Assembly: GCF_022045235.1 (NCBI RefSeq)
Contig: NW_027266275.1
Span: 11,408,001-11,472,000, forward strand
Direction: 5' to 3'
DNA from: Haliotis cracherodii
Lineage: Eukaryota
DNA: 64,000 bases
The translations under genes were made by a program, and so were the position numbers. Positions 38,309 to 53,100 of this stretch are shown one piece after another. Positions within the stretch are counted from its first letter, which is position 1, and each line of letters opens with the position of its first letter. The notes beneath the pieces are model-generated. The model ran no database searches. It saw only the letters and a program-made list of their open reading frames with translations, and was not told the origin of the DNA.

Positions 38309-41300
38309 CTGTAAAACAGGACATGATAGTATGAGATCACTGTCACAATCAAGATCACTCTTCAGGACATCTTTCAGTTAGATGAATAAGTGATACTTTG
38401 TTTCTTATTTAATTTTTAAATTTAAGCATGTGAAAGAAAGTTTTTAACGTTATTTCGCATTTAACTGATGATTATATTGGGACATTTTTACTTAATGATT
38501 GATATGTTGTACTTAAAATACATTTAGAAACTACTGAATGCTGTGAGAATTTTCAAAATCATACCTTGAAGAAAAATAACTGCAGGTGAAGCATATATCT
38601 TACATACTGGCACTGTTGATTTAAAATTGATTACCAATTACGTGTGCAACATGAACACAAAGGTAAGGGTACACAAAACAGAGAATTGACATAGGGAATA
38701 TCACTGTAGTTATCACAGTAGAGGGCACTTGACATGGTCAGGCTGGGAGTGTATGTAAAGACTTATGTAGGTTTGGCAGTGTCGGCATTGCTTCAAATTA
38801 TTTCTAACAGCTATATTTTAAAACATACCCACATCGTCCTGTATGAGGGACTATTGATCCATCTCTATGTGCCTGGTTTATATACACGCCCCCTCAATGT
38901 CACAGTACAAGGAAGGAAATTGTGTAGGTCAGTGTGTCGGGGTCAAAGTTTAATGTTTTTTTATTTTTTTCAGTATTCATATCGACGAAGGACTTGGTTT
39001 ACCTGAATTGATACACACAGACTTTTGTAACTAACGTATAACAGCAGAAGTAAGATAAATGTAAGATACAAGGCGTTTCAGGATACGAAACGCGATCTTT
39101 CTCTACAAGTCATACTTTCAGTTTCTCTGACATTAGTTTTAAGTTCCCTGACTGTGTGTGTTCACAACACAAACTCAATATTTACGAAATACAAACCGTA
39201 TACAAGTTGATTGTGTCTGATGCTAGTAGATGAATAGATACTTCTTCATCATATGGATCCTGTTGGCTTTGCTTAGAATCCCGGAAACCTTGAAATAACA
39301 CCTCCCGTCGAGGTAGGCAGTTGTGTCTATCTGACTCTTCCGTATGACGTACAAGGGAGGCAACTACGAAACCTCGACAAGTGGTGACTGGGCAGAGCTG
39401 ACGACAACGTAGTTTCCCGGATCCAATCTAGTATGACGGACATAGCCAGGCGAGATGTCCACACACCTCAAGGTACATACTTATTGTACTTATTATATAT
39501 AGTGTAGTTGTAAAGTCCTATCGTGTCAAAAACATTTGTTTTAGCACAAGGACACGTGCCGATGTTTTGTCCTATCTTTAAGTATAGAAAGCAAAGTGAC
39601 TTGTTGGTGAGTGAGCGTTTTGGCCACATGAAGAGCAAATTATCAAAGACAGTTTCCCCATGTTTCCACACCGGCTTCATCCAACGTTTTCATTAAAAGA
39701 TAATACTATCTAGGATATTTACTATCATCAATACACAAAAGCTTAAATCAATGTTCAACACATTTAAAATGATAATCTACATACAGTTGTCTTCTACTAC
39801 ATTTTGCTAAAATAGCACTTCTAGAAACATATTTACTTACCCCCAACACATATTTACAGAGATTAGCACAAAACGATTCTAATACTTGGTATTGCTGAAA
39901 ACACCACACCTCTACCCCATACAATATAATAGGCTATATTTTAGTGTCAAGCAGTTCAAATAAAATAGTTACAGGCATCAGTGGGAATTTATATCATAAC
40001 ATTGATATGAAACAAAGCTGATAATCAATGTGTCTATGCACTTTGACCAGGACAATCGATTATAATGCAGAACACCTGTGTAATTGCTGTAAGTACATGT
40101 CACTGTTTTTGGAACGTCACTCATAAACCATTTTTATAATGCCTTAGTGTATCCTCAGGTCTGAATACGATTACTTCTGTTTTATGCAAATTAACCTGTA
40201 GTCCCAATTTTTCACAAAAGCTGTCAGGAACGTTAACTTTTTTTGGTAGCCCCAAAACACTATCATCAATCAAGCATAAATAAAGTACAATCGAGCATGC
40301 TCCTTCCGACAAGATTTCGGGATGTGACACTTGAAAAGTTGTTTGATCACGGTTACAACATTCAAGTCTTCAGTAAAGCTTTCAAAACGTTATATGGTAG
40401 ATATTTGGATAACATCAGCATCAGTAACAAGAAATCAACGTTATCAATATCCACTGCCATGGGGCACATGTTTGTTCATGTAGAAGTGAATATAAACTAA
40501 AAAAAAAGAGTCCTATAAAGCCTTAAGAAGAGTTTTGCACGTGCACTAGGGTCACTTTATGAAAAAATAATTAAACGTGAAATTAATACATACAAAATAA
40601 TTTAAAGCACAAATTCTCGAACAAAATCTAAAAACATGTAGCAAGGGAAGTAACTCTGGCAAAATATCATTTACGGGACCACTTTTTTTGACAAGTATCT
40701 ATCACATAAGTATGGAAACTTTCACTCGTGTAACTTAAGGAGTTTCTGGGAAAACCCATTTCCCGCAGTTTGCACTAGATTGAAAAGCATGGAGCAAGGG
40801 CTTTAACTTCCATTATGCGAACTCATTAAAGATCAGTGCGTAAAATGTTATTTCTCTAACTTAAATCGATTAAGAGAGAATTTGTCCCCTTTGTGAAGCG
40901 GACGGAAGGACGGAAATACGATGGAACGGACGGAAGGACGCACGAACTCCGTTTCCTTATCCCCGTCTTACTTAGTGGCGGGGGATAAAAATAATGTTCG
41001 ATGCAATGCCCTATTTAGATTTCTACCAGTTCCCGCGTTTTTCAGTTGAAACATTTGACATTTGCTCGTGCTTGTGACGGCTGCCACCGATGGGGCACGA
41101 TACGCTTATCTGTTCGCGAGCAATTGGTATCATCCCAATAGTAACGGTGATTCATGGAAGCATACTCATAATATAGTCGGAATCGTACACTATTAATCGA
41201 CTCTACTTTTGACAGAGATTTCTTATGAATGTGGAAAGGGTTTTGTCACATTTTATCTTTAGACATAAGAATGTGCATCCTTTTACAATGAACTATTATT

Positions 41301-41386
41301 CTCACTGCACATTTTCACCCTCACACGCCACCCAGAGACGAAAGAACTAAATCTGACGAACCCTTCCATCAATATTCACTCCCATA

Positions 41387-43029
41387 CTATGTAAGGATAA
41401 ATGTTTTGATTTCCCTTCCACAAGTAACAAGAACTGAGTCATGTTTGTTAATGCAGAGACTCAATGGCTGGCTGATGCCATCCTGTGATGTGATAACATC
41501 GCTGACATATTCCCCTGTCTCGCTTAGTAGTATAATAGCCTCGGTCAGCTGGTCTATAAGCATGATATCTCCAGTGTTGGTTGTAAAGATACCAGAAGGT
41601 TGATGGTGTGCCCTATCTCCGGTAGACGGGTATCTCCACACGGCTTTCCCCTCTGACGTAAAACATGTCACAGACTTCTTCTTCCAATCAGACACGAGTA
41701 TGTTGCCCTTGGTGTTAACACTCATGTAGGACGGGAAGGCAAACAGTGTCTCCTTGTTGTGTGTAGTGACTGACCTCAGCACGTGTCCCGCCATGTCCAT
41801 GATATCAACACATGTTATACTACCTGCTGCCAGGGATGTAGGACTCAGAACAGAGAGACTGGAGTACTTCTTTCTTGTTGTTATTGTCGAGAGCAGCACC
41901 AGGTCAGGGGTCACTTCTACTGTTACAATCTGACTGGAGCCAGGGACAGCAACCATCACCTGGTTCTCCTTCAACTGTGTTACACCACGTGGAGAGTTAT
42001 CCAGGGGAAGTCTACTTTGACATGCTTGATTGTTTCTCGTGAAGAAAGATTTCACACATTTGTTGGTGTTGTCTGTAACAACAATTGTCTGCATCCCATC
42101 TACATTAAGTTCTGTGACGCCAGTGATAAAAGGTATCTCCTCGTCATTCAATGAGGTCGCATCAAGTGTGTGGAACAACACTGGTGAACACTTCAGGCCA
42201 TTTCCATATGTGACGTCAATCTCCCCAAGCTGTAGGTCATCTAGGATGTGCTGGACGTTGTCAATGTCAGGTGTAAACCTGATTTCATCTATTCTCCGTG
42301 TGTCTGCTGTGTTTGTGTCCCTGACATCCCCCAACTCTACAGCTCCCGACTCCCAGGCCTGATACGCGTCATACAGGTCCATCTCACAGTCCGATACCAA
42401 GGCCTGGTCAATGAACTGACAATGTTGTCTGTACATCTGCATCTCAATCTCGTCAAGCTTTACATCAGCATGAGTCTGAATGATGTGTTTTTCTGTTATT
42501 TCATCTAATTCATCTAACAGCTTCTTTTCCTTCTGTCGGATGTACTCTATGGCCTTATGAGCTATCAGATTAACCTGCTCTTTTACTGCAACTTTGTCGT
42601 CTTTCATGTTATCTATTTTGAATTGATGTCTCTCTATTCTATTTCGTTTGCCATGACATTTTGTCCGTAAGATGTCACTTCGCAATGCTAACTCTGATTT
42701 CATTCTTGCCACTTGTGAATTGATTGTGACGATAGACTCACATTTCCTGTGGTAGACCACACAGCAGGACTGACACAGTGACTTGTTGCAGTCTTTACAG
42801 AGATATTTGACATGCTCATCCTTGTAATCTTGACACATGACCTTTCGTCTCTTCATCACCTTGATATCTCCAGACAGGTCACACAGTTCGTGGTCACGAG
42901 ATGAGGGACTAACCCGATGCATTTTGACACACCTTTCACAGAGAGTAACTTCACAGTCTGAACACCAGGAGATCGCTGGAGTTGTCTCCCCTAGCTGTCC
43001 ACATAATGTGCAACATTTAGCACCTGTGT
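41387..43029 (-). CDS. TRIM-NHL gene A2, coding exon 2
   Basis: Acceptor TACAG|AC; intact frame; B-box2 reads CQDY instead of CQEH. Confidence 0.91.
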
Positions 43030-43222
43030 CTGTAAAAGAAACAATTGGGCATAATTTGTACAAATATATGAATGTAAATACAAACACCATCATTGCATGT
43101 TATTCGTACATGATACTACATACAATCTGGAATTCGAACACAAAAGCTAAAACAAGTACGATGTTGTTGCATTGTGGAGTTCGCATCCTTAAAACTTCTA
43201 TTAAATTGCGTGTGTGTCTAAC

Positions 43223-43404
43223 CTTCAAAAATATTTTCTGCTTCTGTGTCAATCAGCCCCTGTATAATGATGCTGGGTTTGACCTGCCCCTCCCGCTCCT
43301 CCCTGGCCTGCTGGGGTCGGGGACCTTGGTATCTTGTCGACAAAAGACACAGGGGATTGTCTTGGACCGAACAGCATGTGGTCTGGTTTGGATGTAAGCA
43401 GTGT
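43223..43404 (-). pseudogene. Decayed 3' half of an A3-type RING exon inside the A2 intron
   Basis: Near-identical to the 31464-31645 relic. Confidence 0.85.
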
Positions 43405-43592
43405 ATGCCTTTGCATGTGTTTGTGTCGGGTGCCACCGGTGCGGCTCACCTTTTCGCGAACACCTGATATCATCACTATGTAATGGTAATTCATAAACTC
43501 ATGCTCATGATATAGGCAGAATCGTACAATCGACTGTGTTTTCGGCAGAGATTCCTTATGTATATTGGAAGGATTTTGTTGCTTGCATTTAC

Positions 43593-43890
43593 CTTCAGCA
43601 GAAGGTCCAGCTTGTGTGTCAATCAGCCCCTGTATAATGATGCTGGGTTTGATCTGCCCTGCCCACTCCTCCACTGGCCGGCTGTGATGGGGGGCCTTGG
43701 TATCTTGTCGACAGCAGGGACAGGGGATCCTCTTGGACTGTACAGCATATGGTCTGATTTGGATGTATCCTGTGACACATTTCCTGCAGAATGTGTGATC
43801 ACACCTCAGTGTACAGGGGTCTGTGTACAGCTCCTGGCAGATCACACAGGTGAGAAATTCCGTCACTTTCTCAGCTCGTGACGTCGCCAT
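43593..43890 (-). CDS. TRIM-NHL gene A2, coding exon 1 (RING); joins 41387-43029 to give 646 aa
   Basis: 298-nt RING exon with the same splice sites as A1. Confidence 0.9.
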
Positions 43891-46800
43891 CTGTAAAACA
43901 AAACATGACAATATGAGATCTGGCTGAATCACTTTTTACATTTTCAGGAGATCCTTTAGTTGCTCAGCTCGAAATATAACAATGACAATTAAAAGCTAAT
44001 ACGATTTTAGCATTTAACTCTCGATTTATTTGGAAACATTTATTTACAGATTAATATTGTACACCTAAAATAACAGTATAAAACTACTAGAAGTATGGTG
44101 TGAGAGTTTCCAGTAGAAAACCATGAAGGGAGATACACTGTACACGTATGTACATAGCTGCTGCTGAAACATTAACATACTTGCACTGTGTGTTTAAAAC
44201 TGATAACCAGTACCTATGCAAGATAGGTGTACACACAAAGTGTACCTAAATAGATAAATTGATAGCAGTGTATATTGTTGTAGAGACGGTAGAGACGGTG
44301 TTGCGCTGCTTATATCACATTCCAGCCATTATTTCAATTAGAGGAGGCGCCGAAATGGCCATCCAGGTAGTGTATGTATGGACTACATTGTTTCAACAGA
44401 ATGTCCAATTATTGTTAAAAGCTACATATTAAATCTTGCCAACACAGTCAAATGTCCCTGAGTAACAGACAATGCTCGCACTGTCACGATACAAGGGAGG
44501 TAACTGTGAAGATCAGTGTCGGGGGCAAAGATACATGCTTTTATTGCGGCAATATTTCATGAAGGACGAACAACTTCGTTCGCCTGAAATAATAAACTAA
44601 AATGTGTTAGACAGCTGTAAAACTAACTCAAAACAGTAAGACAGTTAAACAGTAAGACATAAAGTGTATGAACATACTTTGTGTCTCAGAATACGAAACA
44701 GAATCTCGCTCTACAAGTCCTTTTGTCGGTTTCTTTAAGTATAAAGGGTCATGAATGAGCTTGTTCACAAGACAAAATAAGTATTTAAGACACAAACCGT
44801 ATACAAGTTGATACTGTATGTTGCTGGTTGACGAATTTAATAATCCTTTATCATGTGCACTGTCAGCTTCAATTTATTTCCTTGAAGTCTTGAAATAACC
44901 AACTCCTGCAGAGATACACACCTGTGTCTACCTGCCGCTTCCGCGTAACATACAAGGGAGGTAACTGCAAAACCTCGACTTGCGGTGATTGGTAAAGTAT
45001 CAGTGCTGATGACCACGTAGGTCCTTGGATCGAATCAGGGCCGATTGCCATAGGCGGGAGCGATATCGACACATTGCAATATTTAAGAAATAAACGACGA
45101 GTCGGTGTTGTTTGTCATACAATAAACACTGCAAGGAGAAAAAATAAACGAGGGATTATGTCGTTTATTCCTGGTTTATTCTCTCTGCATTGTTTCATGC
45201 TGGAGATTGTCACCAAATGACTTCTTTCACTTCAGACCCAGGGCCCTTTGCATACATGTATGTTTGTGTTAGAACGCTTTATAATCCTGTAGTGTGATTA
45301 GGGTTGAGGGACGGACACACATATTTATAGTAATTATGTTTGTCAACTGATTAGAATTGATTAATAATTAATAAAAAAGTACGTTTATTCATGCTCCCTA
45401 CTGCAAAAACGTTGTGTGAAAGGACGTGTCTGGATATGTATTTCAACGGTGAAGTACAGGTTAAGTAATTTTCTTATTAAAACAGTTCACCACATTCACT
45501 ATATCGGAAAGGAATAGTTAAAACACTGTTCGGTTTCTTCAGATTTACTGTCCATATTTCTATATACATCTTGCATCTTATATTATTGGTAGTGGCGCTC
45601 GGTATGTTGTGTAAGCAGTTTTCAAATCACTGAAGCATAAACAAGGGCTGACCCTTGTACAGTAAACATCCTGCATTCAATAATATAATCAGATGTCTAT
45701 ATATTAATGTGTTTTCTTCCCAAGTTGTAGGTCATCTAGGATTTTACAGCGCTCTAATCCCTATTGCAGTTATATCATGATGAGTCAGCTTGACGTGGAT
45801 TGTAAACACAAAGTGAAGCAGGTCTTAGACGTTTACCGTGGTGCTGCCAAACAAATTAAGTTAGATGATCTGAGGGGTGAGGACTTCAACATATTATTAG
45901 TCCATTCTGTTCTCCCTAGGGGGCACGGGTGGCCCAGTCGTCTAAGGCGCCGCGATTCGCTGTGCAGAGTTGCGTCCCATGGGCACGCCAGAAACCTATG
46001 ATTGTGGGTTCGAATCCCGGTTCGCCCCGATTATGTTTCTAGGTTTGTCAGTACCATATCCGTGCTCGTGGGTAAACGTCTTAGACCTGCATCACTTCGG
46101 GCTTTCCTCCCACATTAAGCTGACACGCCGTGATATAACTGGAATACTGTTAAAAGCGGCGTTAAACCCAACTCACTCACTGTGCTTCCTAAATGGTGAG
46201 ATGAGATGAAATGGGGTTAAACGTCGCGTCCAAGATCATTGCACTACATAGCGAAGTGCGTGCACGTATGTATGTGTGTGGCTGCTTGAATGTACTAGTC
46301 TGGACTAATGCCGATTTCATAGTGCTATCTCACTGAGGTGCCATGCTGCATTTAACATGAACGCCTCACTCCAACACAGCCTATTGACTCCGAGCCAACT
46401 GTCATATTTTTAGCCCCTACAAGTAGAGCGCCAGGCAGGGTAACATCAAGTACCATCTTTTCACGTCCTTTGGTATGACTCGGTTGGGGATCAAACCCCG
46501 GACCTTCCGCTCTCTTAGCAGTCGCTCTACCCCTAAACCACGGAGGCGGTTCTCCCTATTTGACCTCAGCTACCTACTTGTGTATGCCTGTAGAACAGGC
46601 CTCGTTTTGTATCCATCTGTTGAAGTGGTAAATCGGTTTGGGGCAGATATCGTAGACTAGTATTCGTTTCCTATTAACTGGATTACAGCAGAAGTCCAAC
46701 ACCGCCGTTGTGGACACCTTCGACTGTGCCGTAAATACATGTATCCTGTATCGCGGGAACAAATTGACAAAACGTGTAGCCATCCTAACACAGCACTGCA

Positions 46801-47614
46801 ACAACAATGGATGTACACCAACTATCACATACAAGTGGTTAAGTGATTTCCATGATTCAGAGGGGCGGTCGGGTAGCCTAGTGGTTAAAGCGTTCTCTCG
46901 TCACGCCGCAGGCCCGGGTTCGATTGCCGACATGGGTACGATGTGTGAAGCCAATTTCTGGTGTCCCCCGCCTTGATATTGCTGGAATATTTCTATTTAA
47001 AAGCGGCGTAAAACCAGACTCACTCATTCATTCACTCACTCACTCCATGATTCAGATACATGTAAAGTGGATTTCGTCTACATTTGACAATCCATATGCT
47101 ATTATCTGTCTACAAGAACGTCTCTAAATATATATGAATCAAAACGAAAAAACACAACAGCAAATTATTGATAGGAAATGTAAACATTTAATTTTCCTCA
47201 TATATTTAATATATTATCTCAACTCTTACATGTAAACATGACCTTCGAATAACAGAAACCCTCCCACAGTAATGATTTAAGCTTCGAAAATGAATTGATA
47301 ATTGCAAAACATTAGTGATTAGGGCCTTATGCCCATGGGAAACTGTTTCCTGGCTCGGAGAAGGGACGCAACTCTTCACAGCAAACAGTAATGCTTCCTA
47401 CCATTTGGTCGATCACTCGTGTCTACTCTTATTCGTATGTCGTTCAAGTTCCATATGGTTTCACGCAGGCCGCCCATATGTAGCTGAGACATAACAATGT
47501 GCATCTTGATACATGTTGTTCTCCCCCGTCATCCCCTCGCTTTCATCCTTACACATCATCCCGAGATGAGAGAACTCAATCCGACAAAGCCCTTCATCGA
47601 TATACATTCACATA

Positions 47615-49257
47615 CTATGTGAAGACAAATGTCTTGATTTCCCCTCCACCAGTTACAAGAACAGAGTCATGTTTGTCAATGCACAGACTAATTGGCTGAT
47701 TGATGCCATCCTGAGATGTGAGGACATCGCTGACATATTCCCCTGTCTCGGTTAGCTGTATAATAGTCACGGCGATCTTGTCTACAAACATGATATCTCC
47801 TGTGTTGGTTGTTAAGATACCAGTAGGCTTACGGAGAGCCTTATCTCCGGTAGGGGCGTATCTCCACACAACATCCCCATCTGACGTCAAACATGTGACA
47901 GACTTCTTGCAGCAGTCAGACACGAGTATGTTGCCCTTGTTGTTAACACACATATAGGCGGGGTAGGCAAACAGTGTCTCGTTGTTGTGTGTAGCGACTG
48001 ACCTCAGCACTTGTCCTGTCATGTCCAGGATATCAAGACAGTCCCAAGTACCTGCTGCCAGAGATGAAGGACCCAGAACAGCGAGACTGGCGTAGCCCTT
48101 GCTTGTTGTGATGGTTGAGTTCAGTACAAGGTCCGGGAACACCTCTACTGTTAGAATCTTCTGTGAGCCAGGGACAGCAACTATCACCTCTTTCTCTGTC
48201 AACCGTGTTAGGCCAAATGGAGAGTCATCCAGGGGAAGTCTACTTTGACATGGTTGATCGTTTCTGTTGTAGAAAGATTTCACACACTTGTTGGTGTAGT
48301 CTGTAACAACAATTGTCTGTATGCCATCTACATAAAGTGCTGTGACACCAGGCATTCTAGGTATCCCTTCGTCATCCTCTGAGGTCGCATCAAGTGTGTG
48401 GGACAACACTGGTGAACACTTCAGTCCATCTCCATATGTGACGTCAATCTCCCCCAGCTGTAGGTCATCTAGGATGTGCTGGACGTTGTCAGTGTCAGGT
48501 GTGAACCTGATGTCATCTATTCTCCGTGTGTCTGCTGTGTCTGTGTCCCTGACATCCCCCAACTCTACAGCTCCCGACTCCCAGGCCTGATACGCTTCAT
48601 ACAGGTCCATCTCACAGTCCGATACCAAGGCCTGGTCAATGAATTCACAATGTTGTCTGTACATCTGCATCTCAATCTCTTCAAGCTTTACATCAGCATG
48701 AGTCTGAATGACTTGTTTGTCTGTTATTTCATCCACTTCATCCAACAGCTTTTGTTCCTTCAGCCTGATGTGCTGTATCATTTTATTGGCGTAAAGATGG
48801 ATTTGTTCTTTAGTGGCCAATTTATTGTCTTTTATTTGATCTAATTTCAACGTATGTCTCTCTGTCCTTTTACCTTTGCCATGATATTTAGTCTGCAAGA
48901 TATTTCTTTTCAGAGTCAACTCTGACTTCATGTTTTCTACTTGTGAATTGATTGTGACGACAGAGTCACATTTCCTGTGGTAGACCACGCAGCATGACTG
49001 ACACAGTGACTTGTTACAGTCTTTACAGATATATTTGACTTTCTTTTGCTTGTGCTCTTGACACATGATCTTGCGTCTCTGCTTAACCTTTACCTCCCCA
49101 GACAGGTCGCATAGTTCATGGTCACGAGATAAGGGACTAGCACGATGAATCTTGACACATCTTCCACAGAGGTTAACTTCACAGTCCGGACACCAGAAGG
49201 TCCCTGGAGTTGTCTCCCCTAGCTGCCCACATAACGTGCAGCACCTGGTAGTAATGT
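47615..49257 (-). CDS. TRIM-NHL gene B2, coding exon 2
   Basis: Acceptor ttgttctCAG|AC; intact frame; nearly identical to B1. Confidence 0.92.
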
Positions 49258-49809
49258 CTGAGAACAAAAATGAAAATGAATGGAAATATTTTTGACAACG
49301 TGTACATACATAAACCTATACATAAAATAACATATTGCACAATGACTTGTATATATAATTATATTTTTAAATGCACACATACATTTTCTGGCGCTGAACG
49401 TAACTCATTGATAATATCTTTGTAAAATTTGGCGGTAAGACATTTCAGCAAGAGGTACGCATGCCCATGGTACCAATTGTTTGCTCAGAAGTTGTTTGAT
49501 CAAGGTTACGACATTCAAGGCCTCAATAAAGCTTTCAAATAGTGTTGCAGTAGATATGTGGAGGACATTTCCCAATTTGATTTGACTTATGTTGCCATGT
49601 TTTATCATTTGAACAATTAACTTGCCTTTGCATGTGTTTGTGTCGGGTGCCACCGGTGCGGCTCACCTTTTCGCGAACACCTGGTATCATCACAATGTAA
49701 TGGTGATTCATAAACACACGCTGGTGATATAGTCGGAATCGTACAATCGACTCTGTTTTTGGCAGAGATTCCTTATGAATATGGAAAGGGTTTTGTCGCT
49801 TGAATTTAC

Positions 49810-50107
49810 CTTCAGTAGAAGGTCCAGCTTGTGTGTCAATCAGCCCCTGTATAATGATGCTGGGTTTGATCTGCCCCGCCCACTCCTCCACTGGTCGGCT
49901 GGGGTGGGGGACCTTGGTATCTTGTCGACAGCAGGGACAGGGGATCGTCTTGGACTGTACAGCATCTGGTCTCGTTTGGATGTATCCTGTGACACATTTC
50001 CTGCAGAATGTGTGATCACACCTCAGTGTACAGGGGTCTGTGTATAGTTCCTGGCAGATCACACAGGTGAGGAATTCCATCACTTTTTCAGCCCGCGACG
50101 TCGCCAT
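49810..50107 (-). CDS. TRIM-NHL gene B2, coding exon 1 (RING); joins 47615-49257 to give 646 aa
   Basis: 298-nt RING exon, cag|ATG, GAAG|GTAAAT. Confidence 0.9.
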
Positions 50108-53100
50108 CTGTAAAACAGGACATAATAGTATGAGATCACTGTCATAATCAAGATCACTCAGGAAATGTTTCAGTTAGATGAATAAGTGATGTTTTGTTTC
50201 TTTTTTAACTTTTAAATTAAATCATGTGAAAGAAAGTTTAGAACGTTATTTCGCATTCAAGTTATGATTATATTGGGACACTGTGACTTAATGATTGATA
50301 TGTTGTCCTTAAAATACTATTTAGAAACTACTGAATTCCGTGAGAGTTTCCAAAATCTTACCATGAAGAAAGAAAACTGTAGATGGAGCATATATCTTAC
50401 ATACTGGCACTATTGATTTAAAATTGATTACCAATTACGTATGCAACATGAACACAAAGGTAAGGGTACACAAAATAGAGAATTGACATCAGGGAATATT
50501 ACTGTAGTTACCACAGTAGAGGGCACTTGACATGGTCAGACTGGGAGTGTATGTAAAGACTTATGTAGGTGTGGCAGTGTCGGCATTGCTTCAACAGAGT
50601 ATCACATTTTTTCTAAAAGCTATATTTTAAAACATACACACATCGTCCTGTATGAGGGATTATTGATCCATCTCTATTTGCCTGGTTTATATACACGCCC
50701 CCTCACTGTCACAGTACAAGGAAGGAAACTGAAAGTCAGTGTGTCGGGTCAAAGATTAATGTTTTTATATTTTCAGTATTTCATATCGACGAAGGACTTG
50801 GTTTACCTGAATTGATACACACAGACTGTTGTAACTAACGTATAACGGTAGAAGTAAGATAAATGTAAGATACAATGTGTTTCAGCATACGAAACACGAT
50901 CTTTCTCTACAAGTCATACTTTCAGTTTCTCTGACACTAGTTTTAAGTTCCCTGAATGTGTGTGTTCACCACACAAACTTAATATTTAAGAATTACAAAC
51001 CGTATACAAGTTGATTGTGTCAGATACTAGTAGATGAATAGATACTTCTTCATCATATGGATCCTGTCGGCTTTACTTATTATCCAGTAAACACCTTGAA
51101 ATAACACCTCCCATCGAGGTATGCAGTTGTGTCTATCTGAAACTTCCGTATGACATACAAGGGAGGCAACTACGAAACCTCGACAAGTGGTGACTGGGCA
51201 GAGCTGACGACAGCGTAGTTTCCCGGATCGATTCTACTAAGACGGACATAGCTAGGCGAGATGTCCACACATCCCAAGATACACACTTCTTGTACTCATT
51301 AAATATAGTGTAGTTGTAAAGTCCTATCGTGTCACAAGCATTTGTTTTAACACAAAGACGTGTTCCGATGTTTACGTGTTTTCCTTTCTTGGTGTATAGA
51401 AAGCAGAGTGACTTATTGGTGAGTGAGCGTTTGGGCCACATGTGTATGCATCTGATGTATGGTGATCTAAATACTATAAACATGTTATTTAGATATGCAT
51501 TATAAGCAATGTCAAACTATTGGTGATACGGATCATATATGTATTGAACTATTTGTGATCACCTACTTACAGTTTATAAATTGAATAAACGAGTGGTACA
51601 GACTTGGATTTGTTTGATTGATTACAGATTGATTTCATTCGGTGATTTGTTCAAGTAAGTGAGTTAGAGAGTTGGGTATAACGCTGTCTGCAACAGTATG
51701 TAAGTTATGTCACGCCGTTTCAGCCGGACATCTGTTTCAACCTAATTATATCTGTTTTCAAACTTCTACCTTCGTCTTCAAATCATCTGTAATGAGGAGA
51801 AAATCCAAAACGATACCGTTACTATCGTCATCATTATCTAGTTAAGGAATATAACAAAATAGATCGCCTCAAGGTAATACTATATTCGTCCACTTTACAG
51901 CTCATGAATAATGCATATCTCAAAATGTTTTATCATGCCGAATAATGCATATCTTAAAATATATGACCAATTCATGATTAACCTTTCTGGTCAATTCCCA
52001 TCAAACAGATAATGTTTAATGCTTCTCCTTTTCGATGTCGAATAAACAATTATAATATGTGCCTTTATGTTAACCAAACAATATCTGTATTTCAGTAAAA
52101 GCCACTGAATCTCACTATAGGAATGCATTGTCACAATAATACCGGCTGTAAAACTATCATGGATATGGGTAAGCCCAGCACTGGTTCGCGTCAGCTGAAC
52201 GTCATTGGCTTTGAGCCTTAATTTGAGGTAATAACTTATTCAATATACACACAAAGTATATAATTGATAATGTGCCGTTTAATACAATGTATGGATCAAC
52301 AATGTGGGAGTGAGGTGAGTGGTTTTTAGCCGCTTAGAGAAGATCGAGAGAGTAAAAACGACAGCAAATGAAAGTGTTATATGGGAATAAAACAGCTACC
52401 TGGCTCTTGAACACGCCGAACAACAATTGGAGGTACACGGCAAAGCTGTATATCTACAGCATGAACACACATGATAGAGCCATATTCATGAACAAGTATC
52501 GTCACGGTATGGCTGAAATATCGCCGATGTGACGTAAACTCACTCACTCACTCACTCACTCATGAACAAGTGAAATGGCCATACGAGAAACGTGTTGTCT
52601 GATATTGACATTTCCATTTTTGATTGCCATAATTAAAGAGACAGAAACAAACACTGACGCGAAAGTACACTGTACATTCAACTGCGCCTAATTTCTAATG
52701 CTACCCTTGTATGATATGGGTATAGCCATTACAGCAAGGTCGTTCAGTCCTGGCAGTGGGGATAGTCAGAAATCGTAAAGGCCTCAATTAGTTTAGCAGG
52801 TTTGCATTGATTGACAAAAGTATTATCTATTTGAGAAAACCTATTCAGACCTACATCTGGTAGCATTACTTTCATACATGTGGTGGCGGAAGGTCTAGCG
52901 GTTTCAAGCTCCGTCGGTGACGTGCAGTATTACCTCCCATTATCGTTTCAGGATTTTGGAGATCATTGTCATCCAGTTATTGCGTACAGTTACAAACAAC
53001 ATGTAACGTGTGCATATACTCAGGAACAAAAACATTAACCACTGAACAGTATTACATTTCCTTGTCGTGTCAGGATTTGGAGATCGTTGGATCGAGTCCT

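Larger units (their letters stand above)
27541..51442. repeat. Tandem segmental duplication: unit 1 27541-39630 (A1+B1), unit 2 39631-51442 (A2+B2)
   Basis: Colinear genes, introns and SINEs, offset about 11.8 kb. Junction ggccacatg|aagagcaaat at 39630 joins the unit end (compare 51442) to the unit start (compare 27541). Confidence 0.88.
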
